A stretch of DNA of 64,000 bases from the NCBI GenBank assembly GCA_951406725.2, contig OX597825.1:40486001-40550000 (forward strand). Reading direction: 5' to 3'. Shown here in pieces: positions 14,605 to 27,126 of the stretch. The notes under the pieces were generated by a model. It saw only the letters and a list, made by a program, of their open reading frames with translations, searched no databases and was not told the origin of the DNA. Position numbers and translations under genes: made by a program. Within the stretch, counting starts at the first letter, position 1, and every line of letters starts with the position of its first letter. The DNA is from Octopus vulgaris. Its lineage: Eukaryota.

Positions 14605-15256
14605 TGAAGTTTACCCAAGGTTTGGATGACAGGTGATTGACTATAAATCAAATAGCTAATGATGTTAGCATATCCTGTGAAAGAGTTGAGAATATCTGCC
14701 GAATGAACCTGACATAACAAAGGTATCTGCTCAGTGAGTGTCACGTTGTCTGGCACCTGATCAAAAGCGCACCAGTTTGAACACACCATGGGAAAATCTG
14801 ACGTTGTTTGAGGCAGATCCATCTGGTTTGCTTGAAAGTTTTTAAACCAGGATGAGTGGTAGGTTCATAAGTTTGAGCCAAAAACAATGAAGCAATCTAT
14901 ACCGTGAAACACTCCTTCGTTTCAATGGCTGCTGTGCATGACTGTGGCTTTGGACTAGTTGATCACCCTCCCCATTGTCCTGATTTGGAGAATAGAGAGG
15001 GTGACTATCATTTGTTCCCCAACATGATATAAAACTTTGCTGTGAACTTGTATCACAGTGATGATGCTGTCATATCTGCGATTGACATCTTTGACCAGCA
15101 GAACGAAAGCATTTTCAGAAATGCGATTCAAGCACTACAAGAGCAATGGAAGAAATGTGTGGACCGCATGTGTGACTAAGTTAAAAAATAAACCTCATTT
15201 GATCACATTCCATGAGAGTATCTTGGTCAGCCTATGAACTTTTCATATGACCCTCA
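14605..15256 (+). mobile_element. Mariner element (5'-truncated, internally deleted) lying between the two halves of the RLE element
   Basis: KVSAQ*VSRCLAPDQKR, HPPHCPDL (=HPPYSPDL), AIQALQEQWKKCVDR; right TIR ...cctatgaacttttcatatgaccctca followed by TA. Confidence 0.85.
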
Positions 15257-15259
15257 TAT

Positions 15260-16140
15260 GACTACAGAAATATCTAACTCAGATCAATGGAAGCTGTTAT
15301 AAATAACCACAAAATCTGAATGAAAGAAAAGGTGCATTTCGTCTTCACGGAAACCACAAAATATAAGAAAGCGGTCACAATACCTGACAGCAATGAAGAC
15401 AAAGAAGAAAATCAACAGCAGTAAAGCAACTAAAACCTAATCTAAATCTGGAGCTGCAAAATACAATGATAAAACAATGGCAAGAAAAGCCCGAACATTG
15501 CAAAGAATGGGATAAGTTAAACAGAGAGTAATTAGACAATATAAAATCCCATCAATAGTTGAGAAATAAATAGCTGAAGAATATGTGGTGGTGGAAAGGA
15601 AATATTAAAATCATATAGTCTCTGACTACACAACGCTGGCTAAGGAGGAATATATTCATAGACGTGACAGAATTGGGACCTATGCACACTGGATAATATG
15701 CCAGCACAAAGGAATGACAACAGAAAAAAGTGATTTAAGCATATTCCACGCAATTCCTCGGAACGTGGGACAATGCAACCATCCTTTGGGATATGAAGCC
15801 TAATACGCCGGATATTAGGAACCACCAAGAACGGAAAAAACCTTCTAATCTCTTTCTAGAAGAGACACATAAACTCCCCAAAACCAATAGTCGGGTATTA
15901 GAGAAAACCTAAATGTGGAGTCTAAACATTGATTAAAAAAACATCCTAACAAATAATTAAACAAAACTTACGAATACATATAAAACACAGATAATAGGCA
16001 CTGCATACATCCTAAGTAAAACACATTCAATACAGAAAAAAATGATTACACCAAAACAAAACACGGAACATAATCAAGGTACACTGAGTTGTGATCCGTA
16101 GTGCAATTAAAATACGATATATTATTAAGAATAGTGAGTA
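15260..16140 (+). mobile_element. Decayed RLE retrotransposon 3' part ending in (TAA)n
   Basis: MIKQWQEKP, LAKEEYIHRRDRIGTY and ATILWDM, plus a 3' UTR similar to 19395-19500; followed by (TAA)n at 16140-16250. Confidence 0.85.
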
Positions 16141-16160
16141 ATAATAATAATAATAATAAC

Positions 16161-16211
<51 letters not shown>

Positions 16212-16689
16212 TATAATAATAAATATAATTATAATACTAATAATTATAATAATCCTTTTTACTATACGTAGGAGGCTAGAAATTTGCTGGGAATGACTAG
16301 TCTGACATGCTAACTATTCTGTCAGTTCATTCGTTTAATAATAAAGATGATGATGATGATGATGAGGAGGAGGAGGTGGAATAGGAGGAAGATATTTGAT
16401 GATGATATGATAATATCAGATTTTGAAATACATGACAAGACTGTGAATGAGTCTTTAATACAGATGTAAGATGTAAGAAAAACAAACGGTTGTAGCACAA
16501 AAATGGCACATGTTTTTCCTAATGGTACTGAAGGGAAAATGGAGTCCTTTTATGCCTGTCTTGTTTACTGATGCATTTGGCATGTCGAAACGTTAATAGC
16601 CTTGCTATCAGCAATTTTGAAAACAAAATGGTACAATATTAATTGCCTGAGATTTGAAATCATCTATATGGGACATATGAAGATAAATA

Positions 16690-16850
16690 TATTCTTTTCT
16701 ACTCTAGGTGCAAGACCCGAAATTTTTGGAGAGGGAGCCAGTTGATTATATCGACCCCTATACGCAACTGGTACTTAAATTATCAACCCCGAAAGGATGA
16801 AATGCAAAGTAGACCTCAGTGGAAATTGAACTCAGAACGTAAAGACGAAA
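16690..16850 (-). mobile_element. tRNA-derived SINE, family A (partial)
   Basis: Reverse complement matches 63010-63130 (cgttctgagttcaa...ttcatcctttcgggg.tgataa.ttaagtaccagt). Confidence 0.85.
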
Positions 16851-17984
16851 TAATGGAGATAAAAATATTATCAGATTTATAGGACCACAAACTATTTCGA
16901 AGCAAACGGGGAAAATCTAAAAGTTTCCAAGGAAACCTTCTGCATGTGAATCCAGTTATACAGTATTCCTATCAGAAACCAATATTGTGCATAAACTGTA
17001 CCTATGGAGGGAATATAATGGTTAATGGTTGCCTCTGATCCGTATAATTATTGCAGCACTTAGGAAGCTGGAGTACACTATACTATAATGACATTGGAGA
17101 GAATTTGTTTAAAACAATGAAATATCAGGGTTATTTTACGTTTACCAAAACAATGAGTGTAAATACCAGTCATGCCATATTATACGTTGCGTTATTCAAA
17201 TGTGATGTCAAAACTACAGATAAGTTCATAAAGTTAAGTCAAATGTGTTATTCTTTTGGTTCTTGCTAACAGTGATTTTGCTAAGGATCTTCATCATGAT
17301 ATACTCCTCGACATTGTCTTGAAATTGATGAATAACATCATGATGTCACTGGCACTGCATAGTGCAGCACACTGAGCAATCAAATTGATTTGTTCCTCCT
17401 GAGATGTGTAACAGAAAAACAGTATTGTACAAACACATAGACATAAATGTCATACCATTTGTGTGAAGTGCGGTAAAGCAGAAAGTAAGAAGTGAATAAT
17501 TTGGATGCTTCAAAACATTCAAAATCACGTCAAAAGGAAGATGCGTATGTAACTTCCAAAAGATTTAGTGAACCCTTATATCATATGTATTAAATGACAT
17601 AATGTGACAGAGCTGTAGATTGTACTAGGAATCTGTTTAGAATATTGTGTCGCATTCTACACAATATCTGCAAAACAACCTCTGCATAAACTAGCTAGGA
17701 AATTTCCCTGCGTCGATTACGTTTCACGTTTCAAATTCCAGCGAAGTTACTGATGTATAACACTACCTTTCCATTTCTCACGATTAACTACTATATGCCA
17801 GTGTTTACTATAATGGTACATATAATAGAATTTGATACTTTATAAAACAAACTCCTAAAACGAGAAATTACCGGTGGTATGGTGAATTAAACTATATTAC
17901 TAATAGAATTTGTTAAATTTCTTGTAATCAAGATTTCATGTCGAGGAAATGAGCAATTCTGCGATCCCAAGAAGGAATTTTCGG

Positions 17985-18150
17985 TGAACTGGAAGAATCG
18001 TTGGCCCGCCGGACGAAATGCTAAGCGGTATTTCATCTGCCCGTACGTTCTGAGTTCAAATACCGTGGACAACGACATTGCTTTCCATCCTTTCTGGATC
18101 GATAAAAGAAGTACCATTTCAACACTGTGATCTATACAATCAGCTAAACT
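17985..18150 (+). mobile_element. tRNA-derived SINE, family A (diverged)
   Basis: gccggacgaaatgctaagcggtatttc...cgttctgagttcaaat...ttccatcctttctggatcgataaa matches 62970-63120. Confidence 0.85.
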
Positions 18151-18969
18151 ACTCGTGGGTAACAGTATAAAAACTGCAGTCCACTGCCAAGTGATATCGA
18201 ACCAGTGTGGCAGAGTAGGCTCATTAAACCAGTATAATCTCAAGCTAAATACAAGACCTCTACATCAAATTGACTTTGGTGGAGATAACATGCTTAGTCT
18301 TTCGTCTTGCTGTGGACTGAACGTAGGCTATGCAATCCATAAAAGGAGTTGATGAAAATGTCACCAGTGTTATTTCATGCGCTGAAGCAAAAATACACCA
18401 AGCATTTTGTGGCTTTTGTTTTGACCAACAGAAAAGACGTCAACCGATATATCTGAGCTCACTTAACTTTTAGCTCAATCTGTTGCATGCATACAGTAAT
18501 ATGGAGCAATTTCTTCCGAAGCAAAATGGATATCCCTCTTTCCCGATGGATGCAGTCTTAAATATTGATGTGCATTCTTTGAATAGCAAACTCTTATATC
18601 TATGTAAATTTCTCTCTGTATACATTTATTACATGTCCGTATATTTTCACGAAATCTAAAGCCATCATTTTTCTGTGGTGTACGAAATATTCTAGTTTCC
18701 TATTAGTAAACCTCTGTCTTGTTTATCGTTAATCATTTTTTTATAACCTACATTTTTAATATCATATAATTTTGTTAGTGTCAAATTATGCTTTTCTCTA
18801 TTTCAATTGTAAATCGGCAATTGTATAATATACATATTCCGCCTTACGATCGTTTGTATAACAATGATTCCATTTTCGTAGACATTCCAATCCAATTTAT
18901 ACCCGTTGGGAACATGATCTCGTAAAGTGAATAAACAGGAAGAAATAATTATAAATAATGTTTGTTAAA

Positions 18970-19114
<145 letters not shown>

Positions 19115-19134
19115 GTTGTTGTAAATTTTATCAT

Positions 19135-19345
19135 TATTATTTTTCAATATTCTCAATTTTATCACGTACATCCACTACAGAGCGCAGCCACGTGTGTGTT
19201 GCTGTAGTTTGTTGCGATACGCTTATTTTTACTGTATTGAAAGTTTTTACGTAGGTACCTAGTAGTGCTATTTTCTGTATGTGATATATACTTGTTAGTC
19301 CTGTTGTTTTTGTTATGTATTTATCAGAATAATTTTTATCATACT
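19135..19345 (-). mobile_element. Older RLE 3' end
   Basis: Similar to 19400-19620 (cactacagagcgcagc, ctagtagtgctattttctgtatg); flanked by (TTA)n on both sides. Confidence 0.8.
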
Positions 19346-19394
19346 ATTATTATTATTATTATTATTAATATTATTATTATTATTATTATTATCA

Positions 19395-20468
19395 TTCAGT
19401 AGTTTTATTTTTATAGCGTGCTTTCACTTCACTACCGAGCACAGCTCTGTGTGCCTTGGGTATGTGCTGTGATTTGTTGTGATGCTCTGATGGTTATTGT
19501 ATGGAAAGTGTTCTGCGTAGGATGTGTGCAGTGACTAGTAGTGCAATTTTCTGTATGTTATATGTGTTTGTAAGTCCTGGTGTTTTTGTTATGTATTTGT
19601 CTGAATATATTTTATCATGCCTAATGCACCTACTATGATAGGAATTGTTTCTGTTTTCAGATTCCACGTTCTAGTTACCTCTATTTCCAGGTCTTTGTAT
19701 TTTGAGAGTTTCTCCATTTCTTTTAGAGACATGTTGTCATCAGCCGGTATTGATACATCAATTAGAAAGCATTTTTTTTCTTCATGATCTCTGACAACTA
19801 TATCTGGTCTGTTGGCCTTAATTTCTCTATCTGTGTGTATCGGCATATCCCAGAGTATGGTTGCTTTCTCGTTTTCTGTGACCTTTTCTTGTGTGTGCCT
19901 ATACCATCTTTTTTCTGTTGTTATTCCATAATGTTGGCATAGCTTCCAATGTATGTAGGTTCCAACTCTGTCATGTCTGTGAATATATTCCTTCTTAGCC
20001 AAGACTGGGCAGCTAGAGATAATATGATTTATTGTTTCTTGTCCATCTCCACATATTCTGCAGTTACTTGTAATATTTCTTTTCATTACATGTTTTTGGT
20101 AATTTCTGGTGGGGAGGCTTTGGTCTTGTGCTGCAATTAAAAATCCCTCTGTTTCTGCTTTGAGTCCTGAGCTTCTCAACCATTGCTGGGATTTTTCTTT
20201 GTCTATTTCTTTTGTGTTTAGTTTAGTCCAGTATTTACCATGAAGGGGCTTTTCTTGCCATCGTTTTATCATGGTTCGTTGCTGTTCTATTTTTAGTTTG
20301 GATTTCATTTGTTTTAAAGCTTTTGTTGTTTCTTCATCTTCTTCATATTTGTTAGGCGGTATGATTTTTTGTTTGTATTTGTCAGCTTCCTTAAATACTG
20401 AGAACAGTTTTTTGTTTTGCTCGTGTTTTGCCGCTATCTGGATCAGTTTTCCTTCCTTCTGAAGTAGA

Positions 20469-20470
<2 letters not shown>
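19395..20470 (-). mobile_element. Young 5'-truncated RLE non-LTR retrotransposon (R4/Dong-like) inserted in (TAA)n
   Basis: Frame is open from 20470 to 19589 and carries the CCHC knuckle and PD-(D/E)xK nuclease motifs; short 3' UTR; (TAA)n on both sides. Confidence 0.95.
19589..20470 (-). pseudogene. C-terminal ~290 aa of the RLE ORF (zinc knuckle + restriction-like endonuclease)
   Basis: CRICGDGQETINHIISSC, RHD, ILWD, RPDIVV, LIDV, KLSKYKDL. A frameshift near 19610 removes the last ~35 aa seen in the 27.5 kb copy. Confidence 0.92.

Positions 20471-20558
<88 letters not shown>
20470..20558. repeat. (TTA)n microsatellite
   Basis: Directly visible. Confidence 0.97.
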
Positions 20559-20559
<1 letters not shown>

Positions 20560-22107
20560 TTCTGGATCGTTAAACGTTAATCTTTTAGCAAGTATATGGA
20601 TTTTTGCTGCAGAGAGAGTTTTCTTTGATAAATTTATTACTTTGTGTTTCTCCTGTAAGTTTTGTGTCCCTATTTATCTCCACTCGGTCTCAAAAATGTT
20701 TTACTGTAATTTGGTTGGTAGAAGTTATTAGTGTTATTACTGTTATGAATTAAATATTATTATTATTTATTATACTGGGATTGTTGGGACGTTGGTGTTA
20801 CTGTCTGAGTAAACTGGCTGGAAATACGTGGTTAGGGTTTCTTCATTTGAATAAATTGTTAGAGTGCTTGATTATTTTGGGAATGCTGGGGAGCTGGTTG
20901 TGCTGTCTGGGTAAATAGGTTGACCTTCTTCGTTGAGTGATAAAGGGACGTTTCTAGTTGCTTGTCAGAAAAAATTACTCCTAAGACTAGGTTAGTTTTT
21001 CCTAGTATTTCTTATTAGTGAATTGTCCCTATTACTGGATTGAGAAGGTTCACTTCCAGGTGAGAAGTTAGTTTTGAGTGTTTGCGTTCTTTTGGATGTT
21101 TATAGTTTAATCTAGGTGGACGTGTATTTATTTCTGTAGATGTACTTGTTCTGGATTTTTTCAGGAAGGGGGTATCTGAAGTGTAGTATTTTTTAACTGA
21201 GGTTCATAACTAAGAAAGAAATTAACACTCTTTTCCCATCGTTGCAGGGAATTTATATCTTCCCACTCAGAAAGCTGACTTTCCCTAGTTTTATAAAGCT
21301 TTCCAAAAGTTGTTCATCAGCATGTTTAGTGAGATCGGTGCATTTTTCATCGAACGTTTTATATTCTGTTCGTTATTCGATGCTCTGAGTTTGAGTAACT
21401 CAGTCTATATTTTCATTGTTTCTAGTGTTAATTTCTCCCTAAGATTTCTTTGCTGTCCAGGTTCTTCTGGGATTGGCTTGATTTGTAAAATTCCGTGGCT
21501 GAATTGAAGGTGTTCAGTTAATCCAGTTTTCATATATTTCTGCCTAATTATTATTTTTTATCATGTTTCAAATCGTTAAGATTTTTGGACCAAATATGGC
21601 GAATTGAACTTTTAGCTCAATGTGCTGCTGACGTTGGTATATTATCGTTATGGTTTAGGGATTTTGGTGATGAATCATTTTCAGAGTCATTTATGAAAAT
21701 TGAGTGCAATGCCGTGCATAGTTCGTTCAAATTTTGACTAAACTGTTCTGTAGACTGTTTTCTCTGTTCCATTTCCGTTTCTTCTCGGGTACGGTAATTT
21801 AATCAATCGATTTTGTTAGAATAACTAAATTTGAGTTAATTTCTTTCAATTCCTTAAAATATCCTCGTTGATAATTTTACCCGATGTGTTTGTGGTAGGA
21901 ATTGGTGGCATTTTCCGTTCCACGTGTGGTAAATACTAGTAATAGAAAGGGGGGAATTTCGATTACCCCACGTGGTGAGTTGTAATATATATAAGAAATT
22001 AAAGTAGTAAAAGGGACACGCTTTACACAGTTTTAATATAAGTTTTAATATATCTTGAATTGTAGTTGTCGACCGGTTTCGGTTTAGCTATTCGTGACAT
22101 TAAAATT

Positions 22108-22108
<1 letters not shown>
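20560..22108 (-). mobile_element. Penelope-like element, 5' half (partial pLTR + N-terminal ORF)
   Basis: VINLSKKTLSAAKIHILAKRLTF matches the PLE pre-RT motif (VINLS...LS.....LL.KGL.F). Upstream terminal repeat at about 21985-22108 carries a hammerhead 3' half, CC-GAAAC-CG-GUC (22070-22082). Confidence 0.7.
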
Positions 22109-22165
<57 letters not shown>

Positions 22166-22240
22166 ACCAGATTATTAGGTGATACAAAAATGGGACAAAA
22201 ACACATACAGATAGACGATAAAAAGAAAACAAGAACAGGT

Positions 22241-22360
22241 CATTCGGAGTTTTCTTTCCTCAGTCGAGTTTCAGATTATCTGTGCAATTTCGGCTGGTTA
22301 TTCTCGAGATTGCTCCAATCTGGCCAGCCCCAAGGAAAAACTAAGCTAAAAGCATTAGAT
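22241..22360 (-). ncRNA. Rearranged hammerhead-like structured RNA motif (copy A1)
   Basis: GGCUGG/CCAGCC, GCAAU-C/GAA-AUUGC, UCGAG/CUCGA-CUGAGGA; covaries with 53563-53680. Confidence 0.55.
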
Positions 22361-23020
22361 TCCCTGGATGAAACCAGCGAATGTATACGAAAAATAGGAC
22401 GGAAAAAAATGGAGAATGTTACACAAATACAAATAACAGGACATAACAACAGGTGTCTTTCGACTAAGGACGAATTAAATTACGCTGGCATGTGTGGAAG
22501 TAAAGCCTTACGGCAATGATACAGGATTCCAAAGGCACAGGGAGGAATATAGATGTTGCGCAGACGGCGGCCGATCTAAGAAAGAAAAAACAGGCTTGGC
22601 CGAACACCGGTCACGTTGGGAGAGAAGAGAGAGACGTTGAAGCAGAGGGACAGAACAAATAAGGAGAGGCGAGGAAAATGACAGGGACACAGTGAAGTGA
22701 AAAGAGGAGAGAAAGTGAACATGAAGACAAGGCAAGGAATTGTGAGAGAAGGGGAACGAAAGAACGAAGAGTGGAATGAACGAAGTAAGCATTGAAGGGT
22801 TAATAGAAAGAAGGAAAGAATAACAGAAAGAATAGAGTCGTACATGATTTAGATAAATATATACTTACACATAAGAGACAAAATTGTACGTACGCCGCTA
22901 TATGTTTTATATATAAAAAATACAAAATGGGACAAGAACGCAAAACATTCAGACATTTAGGTAATACAGAAAATGGTAAATAACATCCAGATAGAAGATA
23001 CAGAGAAAACAAGAACGGGT

Positions 23021-23140
23021 TATTCGGAGTTTTCTTTCCTCAGTCGAATTCCAGATTAACTTAGCAATTTCGGCTGGTTATACTCGAGATTGCTCCAATC
23101 TGGCCAGCTCCAAAGAAAAACTAAGCCAAGAGCATTAGAT
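23021..23140 (-). ncRNA. Rearranged hammerhead-like motif (copy A2)
   Basis: Second tandem copy with the same helices (stem I UCGAG/UUCGA). Confidence 0.5.
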
Positions 23141-23631
23141 TACTTGGATGAAAGCAGCGAATGTTTACGAAGACAAGGACGGAAAAAGATGGGGAATGTT
23201 ACACAAATTCAAATAACAGGACATTGGAGCAATCTCGAGTATAACCAGCCGAAATTACAAAGATAATCTGGAATTCAACTGTGGAAAGAAAACACTTAAT
23301 GACCCGTCCTTGTTTTCTTTGTATCGTCTATCTGAATATTTTATTGTCCCTTTTTGCATCACCTTTCTTGATGTTTTGCGTTCTTGTCCCATTTTGTATT
23401 TTCTATATAAAAAAACATATAGCGGCGCACATACACTTTGGTCTCTTATATGTAAGTATATATTTATCTAAATCTCGTACCACTTTCTATTATTCTTTCC
23501 TTCTTCATTTCTTGAGTAAGACGGAAATCTGCCAGTATTATTTTGTGAAACATTATACAGATTATACAGAGTTAGCAAAATATGCTGCAATGACCCCAAA
23601 AATATATGTTCTCAAATGCCTTACGCACCTC

Positions 23632-23636
<5 letters not shown>

Positions 23637-23724
<88 letters not shown>

Positions 23725-23886
23725 TGTGTGTGTGTCTGTGTGTATATGTTTATCTATGGGTTTACGCATATATAAGTTAATATGTATATGTGCGTTTATG
23801 CATGTATATGCGAATGTGTGCATATAGAAATATATATCTTGCATGTGTAACTGCGAATATGTGTGCGTATATATAGGCATTTATGT

Positions 23887-23967
<81 letters not shown>

Positions 23968-23980
23968 CATACACACACAC
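23637..23980. repeat. (TA)n/(TG)n compound microsatellite
   Basis: Directly visible. Confidence 0.95.
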
Positions 23981-26913
23981 TGATGTATCAGCGTATCAAC
24001 ATTTATCACTCATATATTTGCTCCACTCGAAGCTGAGATGTTATTCAAAATATTTTAGCTCATACACATTAGAGAATGCAATTTTCATAAGCGTAGAAGA
24101 CAAACCTATAATGTAGATTTTCTAACGTTCTCTCCCTTTTTGTTTCCCACTCTTTCTCACCCTCTATCTCTGACTCTCTCCCATTCGCCAATCCATCACT
24201 GTCAGTTTGTCTGTATCTCTTTCTTTCTATCTCTCTCTTTCTCTCTCCCCTCTCTCTCTCTCTCTCTCTTTCACACACACACGCACTCACGCAATTTTAG
24301 AATATTTTGCAATATATCGTAAAGAACAGAAAATCACGGACGAAAAAAGCTTAAATCGTTTCGTTTTATTTGCTTTCTAGGATTTATAGAAGAAATTATT
24401 ATGCATTGAATTACTGTTCTTGTGACTATACACTAAGAAATCACTATTGTCTGTAACTTACGGAAGATAGGCAACAGAATGCTATTTTCATTCTATCTAT
24501 TCTACTTGGTAATGATCACTTAAAAGTGACAAACGTGTGAAACAGAAGACAAAAAGGTGTTTTAGACTGCTACTATATCCACCTCTATGCGCATTGCAAG
24601 GGAATGTATATATGAAGGCTGGAGAAGGAATTAGAGATGTGATACACACGATATTCATGACTAGTCCGTAATTGAAAAGTTAGAATGTTTTTCACAAGAA
24701 GGAGGAGGGGGACCTGATACTAATTACCAGAGTGTGCACAATGAAATATGTTATCCATATCTGCGCAACATTATGATATAACACCAAACAAAGTATTCGG
24801 CCTCAAGCTTAAATGAAAGAAAAAATACCAGCTATTGATTAATGGAGTGGTGTTTGATAATTTTAAGGCTTAATAGTTTTAAGGCTTCCGCTTTCCAAGA
24901 CATTTAAGCACACTGAATTTGCCTGCAGTAATTTTAACAACGACAGCGTGGGACGCAACATGCGATATGATGTTCCTCCAAGAATATTTCGACCAATTTT
25001 CATTGGCTCACACAAGATTCTATGTAAAACAATAGAAGACACCAATCACTTTTTATATTACTCTCGAAGAGGGTTGTATCTAATGTAAAAATGTTATTGT
25101 TACATGATAGCATGAATTGAATACCCAGTTACTATCGTTGTTAGAAAGAAAATAGTCTGAAAATATTGTTGGCATTGCAGAGACCACCCTGCAAAGTTGA
25201 TAGGCATTGTATAAAATAAAATTGTGAGCAGTGGCGAATAGGTAACAAATGCATCTCCTGTTAGAGTGAAAAAGGCTTGACCAAATTATTCTGAACATTC
25301 ATTCGATGCATTGAAACAGCTCAACAACTGACGATATCACCGAACATGCTGTGGAAAATAATGTGAGAGAGGTTGCGATAAATTATCACTAGGATGCAAG
25401 GTTAAGTTCCTGTAGAAGCAATACTTCTGTTAATGATAGAACATTTGTCTCACAATGACACTCCAACAGTGCTGAGCAAAACATTTCTGATATTATTCCA
25501 GCTTACGCAGTCGTAAATGAGTAACGCTGGAATGGACTGGCCACCTAACCAATGAGGTGGCAACATTTAATGGCTAAACAATGCCAGAAAGCCCCATTGT
25601 GACAGGTAATGTATAACATCATCCTACGGTGTGGAAGATATAAAGTAATAGGCACCTTATATAGAATTAATCATTGCACACATTCTTATTTTCTTTCACA
25701 ACCATTTTGTGGTGAAAGTATGCTGATGGAGAAATGCCAGTGTTCGTTAAGTCTTTCAATTTGTTAGATGTCGTTCGTGTTGTTTTAATGCAGATAGAGA
25801 AATAAGTAATAGAATACAGATTTTCCAAGCAGGAAACACTTTTTGGCTTAGCAAATATTCTTAGAAGCAATTTAAAGGATGTATGATCAAGTATAGTTTT
25901 TAAATGTTGCTTAAAATTCCATTAGATATATTCTAAGCGTTAGCTTAGTTTTCGTTTTAAATTTTTATTTAATTATTTACCAATTCACTCTTGTATGTTT
26001 CGTTATTATGTTTTGGATAAAAATATTTGTGGTCTGTTCATACATGTTCAACATTTCTTGCACTACTTCAAAAAATTCAATGAAAAGTTCAGTTTGAAAC
26101 AATTAGTTGGGGAAAATCACATAAATAGAAATAATTTTCGATTTTTTAAACGTCGGAATATAAAATCTGATTAAATTTGAGATAAAGTCATAAGTTTGGA
26201 GAGGAAAAAATATTAAAATTACTATTGTGCTCCGATAGAGAGATTGGAAAAATATATTTTAAAAAGTGCATTTTGTTGAAATTATCATTTTCTTAAATTT
26301 AATAAAGTTTTAAATTCAAAAATGAATTTTGATTTTTCTTTTCTTTTAATATCATTGACAGAGTTTTAGGTTGAAAATATGTAGTAATATTTGCTTCCAA
26401 AGCCTCCGCTAGATTATTATACATCTCAACCTATTTTTTATTTTCTTGACTTGAAATGTAATGCATTAAAGAATGAACATTTTCTTTACTTTCAATGAAA
26501 ATTTTAATGAAATTTATGCTGCATACTTTTTACATATTCACTATTTCAATTGTAAGAAGATATGCATAATATAGAGGAAGGCAATTTGCATTTGTGTATA
26601 TTGCTCCACTGGTTTTGATTTGCTGAAATCGTTGCACAAAGTAACTTGTATTTTTGTTAGGAGTTCAGATCTGGGTTTTGTCTTTCTGGTTCCCATGAAA
26701 TAATACTATAATCTAAGGTAATGGTTTGTCATAATTTCTAAAGAGATGAAACAATTGTTTCAAGCGTACACACACATATATGCATACATATATGAGTATT
26801 AAGTATGTATGTATATAACTCATTTGTATGCGACTATTTACAACCATGTGTATATGGATAAATATTTAAATATACTGTTCTATATTTAAGAGATGAGGAG
26901 TTATACAGATTAT

Positions 26914-27126
26914 TTCTCTCTCTATCCGCTCAGTCGAAGTCGACTCTCGGTCACTCGTTGGATCAGTGTCTTCCAGTCAGTTCTATCCTGGGCTGCTTCC
27001 TTCAGATTGGCCATGCCCATTCCGGTATCACTCCTGATGGTGTCAAGCCAGTGGGTTCTTGGTCGGCCTCTTCCTCTCTTGCCACTGACCATTTCGAGCA
27101 TGATGTCTTTCTCCAGGGATTCTCTT
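26914..27126 (-). mobile_element. RTE (BovB-like) LINE 3' end
   Basis: Uninterrupted frame RESLEKDIMLEMVSGKRGRGRPRTHWLDTIRSDTGMGMANLKEAAQDRTDWKTLIQRVTESRLRLSG* (stop at 26924-26922), then a short (GA)n tail. Confidence 0.9.

Larger units (their letters stand above)
22165..23505 (-). mobile_element. Non-coding PLE-terminal-repeat-like element: 780-bp-period direct repeat plus an inverted partial copy
   Basis: 22175-22444 is repeated at 22957-23224; 22808-23099 is inverted at 23223-23505; starts at (TA)n; no RT or EN motif. Confidence 0.75.

Noticed and set aside
17285-17350. SECIS element or C/D-box snoRNA
   Set aside because: The AUGA/UGA words fall in a Watson-Crick palindrome rather than a tandem GA quartet with a proper helix II, and no box D (CUGA) lies at a suitable distance.
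22241-22360. HDV-like ribozyme or group I intron reading of the conserved motif
   Set aside because: No P3/L3/P1.1/P4 arrangement and no P/Q/R/S elements; the hammerhead words fit better.
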